Shown here: positions 55,976 through 64,000 of the stretch, piece by piece
How the letters are laid out: every line of letters starts with the position of its first letter
Position numbering within the stretch: the stretch's first letter is position 1
Origin: Deltaproteobacteria bacterium RIFCSPLOWO2_12_FULL_60_19
Lineage (GTDB): Bacteria > Desulfobacterota > Binatia > UBA9968
Reading direction: 5' to 3'
DNA length: 64,000 nucleotides
Assembly: GCA_001798595.1 (NCBI GenBank)
Contig: MGSS01000144.1
Span: 14,032-78,031, forward strand
Notes under the pieces: generated by a model
What the model was told of the DNA's origin: nothing
Seen by the model: the letters and a program-made list of their open reading frames with translations, nothing else
Databases searched by the model: none
Position numbers and translations under genes: made by a program

Positions 55976-57151
55976 TCAAGCCGCCTCTTCGCGGGCGCGG
56001 TCCCGCGCGAGGAAGGTCCTGAAGCAGGGCCAGATGTCTTCTTTGCGCTGGATCTGGACGGTTTGAAAGTTGTCGGCCTGGAGCTGGGAGAAAAATTGGA
56101 TCATGCTGCTGCCGTAGTAGCCGGCGCCGAGGGGCTTGATCTCGCCGTAGCCGAAAAGGTTGGCAACCTCGGTCAATTCTTTGGCGGCCTGGAGGGCGGC
56201 CGGATTGTCGGAGTCGAAGTTGTCTCCGTCGGAGCAATGAAACACGTAAACGTTCCACAGCGTCGGATGGTAGCGCTGGTCGATGATCTCCAACGCCTTG
56301 CGGTAGCCGGAGGAGATGAAGGTGCCGCCGGACTCTCCCTTGTGGAAGAATTCCTCTTCGCTAACTTGGCGGGCTTCGGTGTGGTGGGCGATGAAGACGA
56401 TCTCGACGTTCTGGTATTTGGCGCAGAGGAAGCGGTAGAGGAGGAAGAAAAAGCTCCGCGCCAGATATTTCTTCATGGTGTCCATCGAGCCCGAAGTGTC
56501 CATGACGCATAGCACGACGGCGTTGGATTCGCGCCGCATCTCCGTCACCGTATGGCGGTAGGTGAGGTCGTCGTTGTGGAACGGGAATCGCTGAGCGGCG
56601 GCCGCTCCGCCGGTCTTTTCGCTCGCTTTCTTGCGCTTGATCCGCGCGATAGCCGTGCGGCGCTTGTCGAGGTGAACCCGAACCCCTTTCCTCCGATAGC
56701 CCTTTCTGCGGTAGAGCTGTTGGACTTCCGTCTCGCGCAGGTGCTTGCGCTCGAGATCGGGGAGCTCGAGGTCCTCAAACATCATATCGATCAGCTCTTC
56801 GAGGGAGATATCGGTTTCATAGTAGTCCACGCCGGGCCGGTCGCCCGCCGGATCGCCCTGGCCGGGTCCCTTTCCTTGACCGACGACCTGCCCCGGCTGC
56901 GTATTTTCTCCGCCCTGGCCGACGCCCGGCGAGTTTTCGCCGTAAACGAAGCGGTACTCTTTCACACCGCGAATCGGAACCTTGACGATGCGGTTGCGGT
57001 CTTTGCCGATGATCGACTCTTCGGCGATGATGTCGGCGATGTTATGCCGGATGGCTTCGTGAACTTTTTGGCGATGGCGCAGCCGGTCCCCGGCGGAGCG
57101 GTCGCTGCGCTGGACGGAAGAGGGATCGTAGGAGCGGAAGATGGTCTCCAT
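55976..57151 (-). CDS. yeaH: YeaH/YhbH (DUF444, vWA-like) protein
   Basis: 391 aa DUF444, between prkA and spoVR. Confidence 0.85.
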   Translation of the reverse strand: METIFRSYDPSSVQRSDRSAGDRLRHRQKVHEAIRHNIADIIAEESIIGKDRNRIVKVPIRGVKEYRFVYGENSPGVGQGGENTQPGQVVGQGKGPGQGDPAGDRPGVDYYETDISLEELIDMMFEDLELPDLERKHLRETEVQQLYRRKGYRRKGVRVHLDKRRTAIARIKRKKASEKTGGAAAAQRFPFHNDDLTYRHTVTEMRRESNAVVLCVMDTSGSMDTMKKYLARSFFFLLYRFLCAKYQNVEIVFIAHHTEARQVSEEEFFHKGESGGTFISSGYRKALEIIDQRYHPTLWNVYVFHCSDGDNFDSDNPAALQAAKELTEVANLFGYGEIKPLGAGYYGSSMIQFFSQLQADNFQTVQIQRKEDIWPCFRTFLARDRAREEAA

Positions 57152-57224
57152 CTCCGTTAGGGGTTAGGCGTAAGGGGTGAGGGGATCGCCTGACCTTTCA
57201 CCCCTCACGCCTTACGGGCGTCGA

Positions 57225-59186
57225 TTAGTCCTTCCACAAATTGTTGGCTGCGTACTTTAAGACCACGTCCACGCAACTCGCGCAGTAGCCGTGATCGAGC
57301 AGGTTCTTGACCATCGCGTTGTATTTCTCGCTCTGCTCCTCGTCGCGCGTCCTGGCTTTGGTAATCACGCGGCTCAAGTCCCGCACCGAAGTCATCAGTT
57401 TTTTCTCGATCGCTTCCGTGAGCGGCTCGTAACTTCGGTAGTCGATCTTTTCCCCTCTGCGGTTGGCCGCCCACAGGTAGGCGATCACCTCCTGGCGGAA
57501 ACCGTCGGCGGCGGAGCCGATGATGGCGATCTGCTCCTCGATGGATTTCATAAAACCTTCGTCCGGCGACAGCTCTTCCTTGGTGTTGCGGTCCTTGACC
57601 TTGCTCTTGTTGACGTAAGCCTCGGCGTGGTCGAGGTAGTTTTGGAACAGCGATTCGGCCTGCTCGCGGTACGAATAGACAAACGCGCGAGTAATCTCCT
57701 TCTCCAAAATCTCCAGGTACTCTTTGTGCAACGTGTCCTGGAGAAATTCCAGATACTGCTTGCGCATGTCGTCGGGCAGGTCGGCCTCCTTGACCATATT
57801 GATCAACGCCTCGCGGACGTTGATCGGATTGATGCAGTTGCCCGCGGTGTTGTCCGACAGGGCGTTGTCCAGCGCCTTCATGATAAACCGGGTCGATATC
57901 CCGCTCATGCCCTCGCGCTTGGCCGACTCGCGCAGCTCCTGCACGTCAACTTTTTTCGTCCGCCCCTTCTCCACAACCTCTTCGCCGTTGTAAAGCTTGA
58001 GCTTGGTCATGAGGTCGCACTTGTTGGTGGGCTCGAGGCGGGAGAGGACGGCGAACATAGAGACGATATCGAGGGTGTGCGGCGACACGTGGGCGTGGAA
58101 GTCGGAGTGGCGGATGATCTTCTGGTAGATCTTGACCTCCTCCGAGAGGCGAAGGTTGTAGGGGACTTTGATGACGACGATACGGTCCAGAATCGCCTCG
58201 TTGGTATGATCGGCCTTGAACTTCTGCCACTCGGCTTCGTTCGAGTGGGCCACGATGACGGTGTCGACGTAGACCAAGCCGTGCCTTCCGGGGGCCGGGA
58301 TCACCTTCTCCTGCGTCGCGGTGATCATGCAGTGGAGATACTCGATCTCGTTTTTGAAGACCTCGATAAATTCGACCACGCCGCGGTTGCCGACGTTGAG
58401 CGCGCCGTTCAGCTCCAGGACGCGCGGATCGCCTTCGGAATAGAGGTCGAGCTTGGAGATGTCTTCGCTGCCGATCAGGACCGAGGTGTCCTGGTTGTTG
58501 GGGTCCACCGGCGGCACCACGCCGATCCCGACGCGCGTCCGCTTGGAAAACTCTACGGCGCAGACGGGGAACTCTTCATAGCGGCCGTTGAACTCCGCCT
58601 TCAGCCGGTAGCGGCAGACCGGGCAGAGGTCGCCTTCGATGTGAACTCCCAACATCTTTTCGAATTCTTTGCGCAGATGGCGGGGAATCAGGTGGAGCGG
58701 CTCTTCGAACATCGGGCAGCCCTCGATCGCATAGAGGGGTAGGCTCTCTTCGAGGCCGCGATGGAGTTTTTCAATCAGCGAGCTTTTGCCGGAGCCGACG
58801 GGGCCCATCAGGTAGAGCACCTGGCGGCTCTCTTCGCCTTTCATGGACGCGGCGTGAAAGTAGCGAACGATTTGCGCGATGGTCTTTTCGATGCCGAAGA
58901 ATTCGTCGGCGAAGAAATGGTGGACCTTGAGGTTCTCGTCCTTGTAGAGACGTTTGATCCTGGGGTCGTCCGTGTCGTGAATGTCGCGGACGCCCGGCTT
59001 CATCACGATGTCGTAGATGCGCGCATGGGCCAGCTTGGTCATCGAGGGAGTCTCTTTGACCTTGTCGAGATAGCCCAGCAGGTTTCCTTTCCAGGCCCTG
59101 ACCTGGCTTTGGTCACGATCTTTGCGGATCAGAGACTCAAAGTCCTTGTGTTCGTTCATTCCAACGGCACCTCCTTTCGGAGTCAA
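57225..59186 (-). CDS. prkA: PrkA/YeaG serine protein kinase (AAA+ N-domain)
   Basis: Walker A GPVGSGKSS and a PrkA C-terminal domain; 653 aa. Confidence 0.9.
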   Translation of the reverse strand: MTPKGGAVGMNEHKDFESLIRKDRDQSQVRAWKGNLLGYLDKVKETPSMTKLAHARIYDIVMKPGVRDIHDTDDPRIKRLYKDENLKVHHFFADEFFGIEKTIAQIVRYFHAASMKGEESRQVLYLMGPVGSGKSSLIEKLHRGLEESLPLYAIEGCPMFEEPLHLIPRHLRKEFEKMLGVHIEGDLCPVCRYRLKAEFNGRYEEFPVCAVEFSKRTRVGIGVVPPVDPNNQDTSVLIGSEDISKLDLYSEGDPRVLELNGALNVGNRGVVEFIEVFKNEIEYLHCMITATQEKVIPAPGRHGLVYVDTVIVAHSNEAEWQKFKADHTNEAILDRIVVIKVPYNLRLSEEVKIYQKIIRHSDFHAHVSPHTLDIVSMFAVLSRLEPTNKCDLMTKLKLYNGEEVVEKGRTKKVDVQELRESAKREGMSGISTRFIMKALDNALSDNTAGNCINPINVREALINMVKEADLPDDMRKQYLEFLQDTLHKEYLEILEKEITRAFVYSYREQAESLFQNYLDHAEAYVNKSKVKDRNTKEELSPDEGFMKSIEEQIAIIGSAADGFRQEVIAYLWAANRRGEKIDYRSYEPLTEAIEKKLMTSVRDLSRVITKARTRDEEQSEKYNAMVKNLLDHGYCASCVDVVLKYAANNLWKD

Positions 59187-59690
59187 TCCTGCAATCTGGG
59201 AAAAATATAGGTTGTCTTCGCTGGAATGCGCCCGGCCGGTGGCGATTCGATTTCCTGTTACGCATGGAAATTGGCAGCGGCTGGTGCGCGCTGCAGCGCA
59301 GCGTTGTCGGGTATCGGAAGCAATAGCAGGGGAAGAGAAGTAAAAGGGGAGGTGTTTGTCTTGAAGATCAACCAGAAGCTCTTTAGGGTCAGCACGCTAC
59401 CTTCTCTCCCTAAGGATCCCCGTCAATTCGAGCCGAGGCGCCCTCTAGTTGATTGGACGAAGGGGAGCAGCGCATCTTCAAAAGGGCGTCCACAGCCCCC
59501 ATTGAAACTCTATTCTTCCCCAATGTCAAGAAAATTCATCAGTCATCACCGTGCGCCGCCTCCTTTCAGAGAAGATAATCGGCCGATGCCGCGCTATCCT
59601 TTAAGCAAGCGATATGTTCACACGTTGAATTTCCGTATCCGTTGCGGACTTCGGTCGGCGGAAAACGGCAAAGCTTCGCGCGGATTTTGG

Positions 59691-60515
59691 TCAGGGCTTC
59701 CAGCCTTGAGTGAAGAGATAAAAAATCGGAGCTGCGGCGATCCGATAATAGGCGAACGGAACCAGGCTCCAGCGGTTGAGCAGCCGAATGAAAGTTTTGA
59801 TGGTCGTCAGCGCGACAACATACGAAACCACGAAGCCGACCGCCAACTGCGCGATGTCGGCGCCGGTGAGAGCGTACGCTGTTTTCAAAAGGTCGTAACC
59901 GGTAGCCGCGGCCATCACGGGAACGGCGATCAAAAACGAGAACTCGGCGGCCGCCTTGCGATCGAGTCCGAGGAGCATCCCTCCGGCGATGGTCGCCGCG
60001 GCGCGCGAGGTGCCGGGCCACAAGGCGAGTATCTGAAACAGCCCGACTCCCAGAGCTTGACCCAGGGTGATCGAGTCCAGCGAAGCGGAAGGCCGGTTGC
60101 GGATATGACGCTCGACGAGCAGGAGGCCGGCGCCGCCCGCCGCGAGAGCTAGGCTGACCGCCCTCGGATTGAACAGATGGCGCTTAATGAGACCGTGCCC
60201 GAGATATCCAGCCACCAGCGCCGGGAGAGTGGCCGCCGCGATGCGCAAAACTCCATCCCAGCCGTCCAATGTCGAGCCGAGGACCAGGGACTGCGGGCGT
60301 TCGCGGGGAAGGAGGCGCAGGAACCGCTCGCGGTAAAGCACAAGAACCGAGAGCACCGCGCCAAGCTGTATCGCGACTTCGAACGTCGCCGCCTTCTCGC
60401 CGACGAAGCCCAATAGATTGCCGGCGACGATGAGATGGCCGGTGGAGGAGACGGGGATGAATTCGGTCAGCCCTTCGACGATGCCCAGGACGGTAGCGAT
60501 GGCTAAGCTCTGCAA
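59691..60515 (-). CDS. uppP: Undecaprenyl-diphosphate phosphatase
   Basis: BacA/UppP motifs (GLTEFIPVSSTGH, and a PGxSRSG-like PGTSRAAAT). Confidence 0.9.
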   Translation of the reverse strand: MQSLAIATVLGIVEGLTEFIPVSSTGHLIVAGNLLGFVGEKAATFEVAIQLGAVLSVLVLYRERFLRLLPRERPQSLVLGSTLDGWDGVLRIAAATLPALVAGYLGHGLIKRHLFNPRAVSLALAAGGAGLLLVERHIRNRPSASLDSITLGQALGVGLFQILALWPGTSRAAATIAGGMLLGLDRKAAAEFSFLIAVPVMAAATGYDLLKTAYALTGADIAQLAVGFVVSYVVALTTIKTFIRLLNRWSLVPFAYYRIAAAPIFYLFTQGWKP

Positions 60516-60845
60516 AATTTATCGCCCTCCGTGTCACAAATACGCTGAAATTGGTTGCCCGGAAAGTCCGTGGTGGTTTGCGAAAAGACCAGGAGGAATT
60601 TTGGTTCCAAACAAAGTAAAGTGTAGCACCATGTCGCCGGGCAAGTCAAAGAAAAATCCGGCAAGAAAAATCGGGCATGCGTCGATCCGCACGCGGTGAG
60701 ATCGTTGAGCCTTGCCATCGTCGCGCCGATACCGAAGCCCAAGCGGTGGGCATGAGCCGCGATAGCGCTTGACAGGCTCGGCTTAAGCCTGATAGAGGCG
60801 GCTATCCATAGGAACATACCTTGTTTCAGCAATAGGAAGGTTGGG

Positions 60846-63374
60846 ATGGCCTACCCGAGTCGGCGTCGAACAGGCTGGTTGTGGATCGTGGCGTTGGTCG
60901 CGTTTGCAGTAACCGCCGCGACTCTGGTTTCCTCTCTCCAATGGGTAAACCGGACGTTTCCGGGGTTTTTCCTCTACGGGAACCTTACCGTCGCGCCCTA
61001 TTTTCTCCCTCACTGGAGCGGCCAGCGGGCCGGCTTGGGTTTTTTGGACCGCGTGGTCGCGGTCGATGGCGAAACGATTGCCGCGCCTGAGCAGATCTAC
61101 GATCGTTTGCGCCGTTCGCCTGCGCAGGAGCCGATCCGCTACACGGTGAAGCGGCGCGGCGAGACGATCGAGCTTGCCATTGCCCCGATGCGGTTTTCGT
61201 TTCAGGACTGGCTGCTGAGTTCCGGAATCTACCTGCTGGGAGGCTTGGGATTTCTGATCATCGGGTTCACTCCTTTTTATATGCGCTCCTCCGCTCCTGC
61301 GGCGCCGGTGCTGTTTTTTATGGCGAGCGCTATCTCGGTATGGTTTATTTCCACCTTCGACTTTATGACGGCGCGCCAATGGCCGCTGGCGGTGCGTCCC
61401 TTTGCGCTTGTTTTGACCTGTGGCGGGGTGATCCATCTCGGGCTTGCCCTTACCCGAACCCGCGAAGCGCTGAGGAAACTCCGGTGGCGCCTCGCCATCG
61501 TCTATGGCGTCTCTTCGCTGTTGGGGTTCTTCTTCGTCTTCACCTTCAACGGTCCGCTTGATCTCTGGCGCTGGAGCCAACGGCTCAGCTACGGCTATAG
61601 CCTCCTTGCGGCGTCGCTTCTACTCGCATTTTTGGTTGCGGCGCTGCGGCGGCCGGCGACCGCCTTGGAGCGGTCGCGTCTGAAAGTGGTCTTGTTCGGC
61701 GCGCTACTGGGCCTCTGTGTGCCCGCCTTCGGCACGGTCCTGACGAGCTTCTTCTCCTGGTCGATTCCTTACAACATATCGTTTATTCCGGTGGTGTTCT
61801 TCCCGTTGTCCGTGGCGTACGCGCTGCTCAAATACAGCCTGTTCGATCTCGACGTCGCGCTTAAAGCGGGGGTCATTCGGGCGGCTTTGGCGGCGGCGCT
61901 CCTGCTGATCTACGGCCTGTTGGTTTCGGTTTTGGGAGTGGGCATCGGCGTCTATGCCGAAGACGCGCCGGTTCCGATTTTTTTTTCCATCCTCGTGGTT
62001 GTGATCTTCAATCCCTTGCTCCGTTGGATCGAACCGGCCGTGGACCGCTACATCTATCGTAAGGAATACGATCCGAGGCAGTTGCAGACGGATGCGAGCG
62101 CGCTGCTGCGCTCCCTCTCGCGGCCCCAGACCGTGGCGGAAAAATCCCTCAAATTGATCGGCGAGCGCATCGGCCTCGACGCCGCGCATTTATTCTTTTT
62201 CTCGGCGGATAACGGTGGGCCGGTGACCGCCTCGCTTAATACCGAGAGCAACCCGGATCGCGACCTTCTCCTCCGGCGTACGCATGGTCTCTGGTCGGCT
62301 CATTTCGGAATCGCCAGGAAGGGCGCTTCGAAGAGCGAATGGCTGACGGATGCCGCCAGCCGGGAGAACCATGAAGAGTTGGCCCACGTGCTCACGGCCT
62401 TGAAATCGGAACTCCTCATCACGATCGTTTTTCAAGACGAGGTTCGAGGGATCCTCGCGCTCGGCAGAAAAACGTCAGGCAGGGAGTTCAACGGCGACGA
62501 TTTCGCCTTGCTCTGCGCCTTGGCGGACCAGCTTGCGCTTGCGCTGGAGAACGCCACGCTCTTCGAGGAGTCCGAGCGGTCGAAGGAGAGTTACCGACGC
62601 CTGTACGACGAAGCTCAAGCCTTGAACCGGAGGCTGATCGAGACGGACCGGCAGAAAAAGGACTTCATCGCCAATATCTCTCATGAGCTGAGAACTCCGG
62701 TGTGCACGATTTTGGGATACGCGGAAGTGCTGCGCGATCCGGCCTTCGCCGGCGATAGCCACGCGATCCTGGATCGGGTCGCCAACCACGGCCGTGAGCT
62801 GTCGCAGCTTATGGATAACCTCTTGCAGTTCTGCCGCATGGAAAGCGGAAGTCTAAGCGTGGCCTTGAGGGAGATGAAGATTGCCGAGGTGTTTCAAGCG
62901 CTCGAGATTGTGGCGCGGCGGCTGATCAAACAGCGGCCGATACAGTTTCGGGTCGAGATGGAATCGTCGCCGGAGACCGTTCTTACCGATCCCGAAAAAT
63001 TTCAGCAGATTATGATGCATCTCCTGACCAACGCCGTAAAGTTCACGGAAAGGGGAGAGATCACGGTGGGAGTCAGACAGGTATGGGAGAAGGACGAGCC
63101 GTTCGTTGAATGTTGGATCGGCGACACCGGCATAGGAATCAGCCGCCAGGACCAGGAGGCGATGTTCGAAGATTTCCGCCAGCTCGAACGCTCGTCGACC
63201 CGGCACTACGGCGGAACCGGCATGGGTCTCGGCCTGTGTAAGAAACTCGCCCATTCACTTGGAGGCAGGATCGAAGTCCGAAGCGAAGTGGGGAAGGGGA
63301 GCGTCTTCAGTCTGCTTCTTCCTGTTCCCAGGCCGCAGACAGAACCCGCCGCGCCGCAAGCAGAAGCGGCATAA
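60846..63374 (+). CDS. Multi-domain sensor histidine kinase: N-terminal PDZ-like segment, polytopic membrane module, GAF, HisKA, HATPase
   Basis: 842 aa. H-box SHELRTPVCTI and G-box GGTGMGLGL. The interior carries a GAF-like region. The N-terminal VVAVDGETIAAPEQIYDRLR looks PDZ-like. Confidence 0.75.
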   Translation: MAYPSRRRTGWLWIVALVAFAVTAATLVSSLQWVNRTFPGFFLYGNLTVAPYFLPHWSGQRAGLGFLDRVVAVDGETIAAPEQIYDRLRRSPAQEPIRYTVKRRGETIELAIAPMRFSFQDWLLSSGIYLLGGLGFLIIGFTPFYMRSSAPAAPVLFFMASAISVWFISTFDFMTARQWPLAVRPFALVLTCGGVIHLGLALTRTREALRKLRWRLAIVYGVSSLLGFFFVFTFNGPLDLWRWSQRLSYGYSLLAASLLLAFLVAALRRPATALERSRLKVVLFGALLGLCVPAFGTVLTSFFSWSIPYNISFIPVVFFPLSVAYALLKYSLFDLDVALKAGVIRAALAAALLLIYGLLVSVLGVGIGVYAEDAPVPIFFSILVVVIFNPLLRWIEPAVDRYIYRKEYDPRQLQTDASALLRSLSRPQTVAEKSLKLIGERIGLDAAHLFFFSADNGGPVTASLNTESNPDRDLLLRRTHGLWSAHFGIARKGASKSEWLTDAASRENHEELAHVLTALKSELLITIVFQDEVRGILALGRKTSGREFNGDDFALLCALADQLALALENATLFEESERSKESYRRLYDEAQALNRRLIETDRQKKDFIANISHELRTPVCTILGYAEVLRDPAFAGDSHAILDRVANHGRELSQLMDNLLQFCRMESGSLSVALREMKIAEVFQALEIVARRLIKQRPIQFRVEMESSPETVLTDPEKFQQIMMHLLTNAVKFTERGEITVGVRQVWEKDEPFVECWIGDTGIGISRQDQEAMFEDFRQLERSSTRHYGGTGMGLGLCKKLAHSLGGRIEVRSEVGKGSVFSLLLPVPRPQTEPAAPQAEAA

Positions 63375-63408
63375 GGGGCGGAAGACAGATCCGCGACAGG
63401 CGCGACTT

Positions 63409-64000
63409 ATGATTTCCCCTTCCGTGCGTTCCGATCTTGCGCCGACGGGCAAGCTGCGCGTCGGCATTAACTACGGGAACCCCGTCCTGGCGACCAAAGA
63501 TTCCGGCAGCGGAGAGCTTCACGGCGTGGCGGTCGATCTGGGGCGGGAACTCGGCAAGCGAATTGGCGTGCCCGTCGAGTTCGTCGCCTATGATGCCGCG
63601 GGAAAGATGGTGGAGGGGCTGAAAAGTAGCGCTTGGGATGTCGCATTCCTCGCCGTCGATCCCGGCCGTGAAGGCGAAATCAGTTTCACCGCTCCCTATC
63701 TCGAGATCGAAGGCACCTACCTTGTGCCGGCCGGATCGCCGCTTCGCGCCGTCGCTGACATCGACCGCAAAGGTGTGCATGTCGCTTTGGCAGCAGGGGC
63801 CGCTTACGATCTGTTCCTGGCCCGCACTTTGAAAAATGCTCAATTGCTACGCGCGCCGGACCCCAAAGCGGCGTTTGAACTACTCGTTGCCGACAAGGCG
63901 GAGGCCCTCGCCGGCGTGAGGCAAACGCTCGTTACGAATGCCGAGAAGCTTCCGGGATCGCGCGTGTTCGACGACCGATTCCTGGCGATCGGCCAAGCGC
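63409..64000 (+). CDS. Type-3 (amino-acid/opine-like) substrate-binding-domain protein, 3'-partial at window edge
   Basis: Manual translation from ATG 63409 gives MISPSVRSDLAPTGKLRVGINYGNPVLATKDSGSGELHGVAVDLGRELGKRIGVPVEFVAYDAAGKMVEGLKSSAWDVAFLAVDPGREGEISFTAPYLEIEGTYLVPAGSP..., an SBP_bac_3 fold pattern. It is not in the ORF track because no stop codon falls inside the window. Confidence 0.5.
   Translation, partial: MISPSVRSDLAPTGKLRVGINYGNPVLATKDSGSGELHGVAVDLGRELGKRIGVPVEFVAYDAAGKMVEGLKSSAWDVAFLAVDPGREGEISFTAPYLEIEGTYLVPAGSPLRAVADIDRKGVHVALAAGAAYDLFLARTLKNAQLLRAPDPKAAFELLVADKAEALAGVRQTLVTNAEKLPGSRVFDDRFLAIGQA

Noticed and set aside
55094-56512. 472-aa plus-strand ORF
   Set aside because: It is antisense to the spoVR and yeaH genes and has the repetitive Gly/Val/Ala composition typical of reverse frames.

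Overview
This is a high-GC (~62%) bacterial chromosome segment, mostly core housekeeping and transport genes with several accessory insertions. The lineage cannot be assigned from sequence alone.

Core content, left to right:
- ffs (SRP RNA)-dnaX-ybaB-recR cluster.
- ACR3/arsC arsenic genes.
- A complete pstSCAB-phoU-phoBR operon on the minus strand, with Pho-box-like repeats upstream of pstS.
- rpoZ, rpoH, coxG/M/S-like genes, a UbiD decarboxylase, trmL, lgt.
- A prkA-yeaH-spoVR operon, uppP, and two large sensor kinases.

Accessory and unusual content:
1. A GNAT-toxin/DUF1778-antitoxin pair sits next to an orphan 3' tRNA-Ser fragment and an intact tRNA-Ser(GGA). This looks like the edge of an integrated element.
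2. A truncated KdpD/KdpE two-component pair is coupled to an APC-family transporter carrying a USP-like tail (KimA-like) instead of kdpFABC.
3. An EgtB-like sulfoxide synthase is translationally coupled to a GT-B glycosyltransferase, which is the senA/senB selenoneine signature. A cytoplasmic GH84 N-acetylglucosaminidase lies in the same strand block.
4. Two IS200-like Y1 (RAYT-like) transposase genes are each bracketed by inverted repeats sharing a GGGGTCAG core. One abuts a truncated LigB-type dioxygenase gene.
5. A class C group II intron is inserted right after a hairpin inside an ~85-nt structured repeat. A second copy of the repeat lies on the other side of ridA.
6. A secreted Kelch-propeller/PKD protein has an 11-nt poly-G tract at its 5' end that separates a good ATG-plus-signal-peptide from the body of the gene, so it is a phase-variation candidate.
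7. A TlpA-like thioredoxin-fold gene has an in-frame TGA at the first cysteine of its CxxC motif and a hairpin just downstream, so it is a selenoprotein candidate.
8. An in-frame, G-tract-rich palindromic insertion sits inside phoR, and 9-bp periodic GTTCAA repeats lie between the pho genes.

The most interesting thread is selenium. A Sec-containing redox protein and a selenoneine-type biosynthetic pair are about 30 kb apart in the same window.
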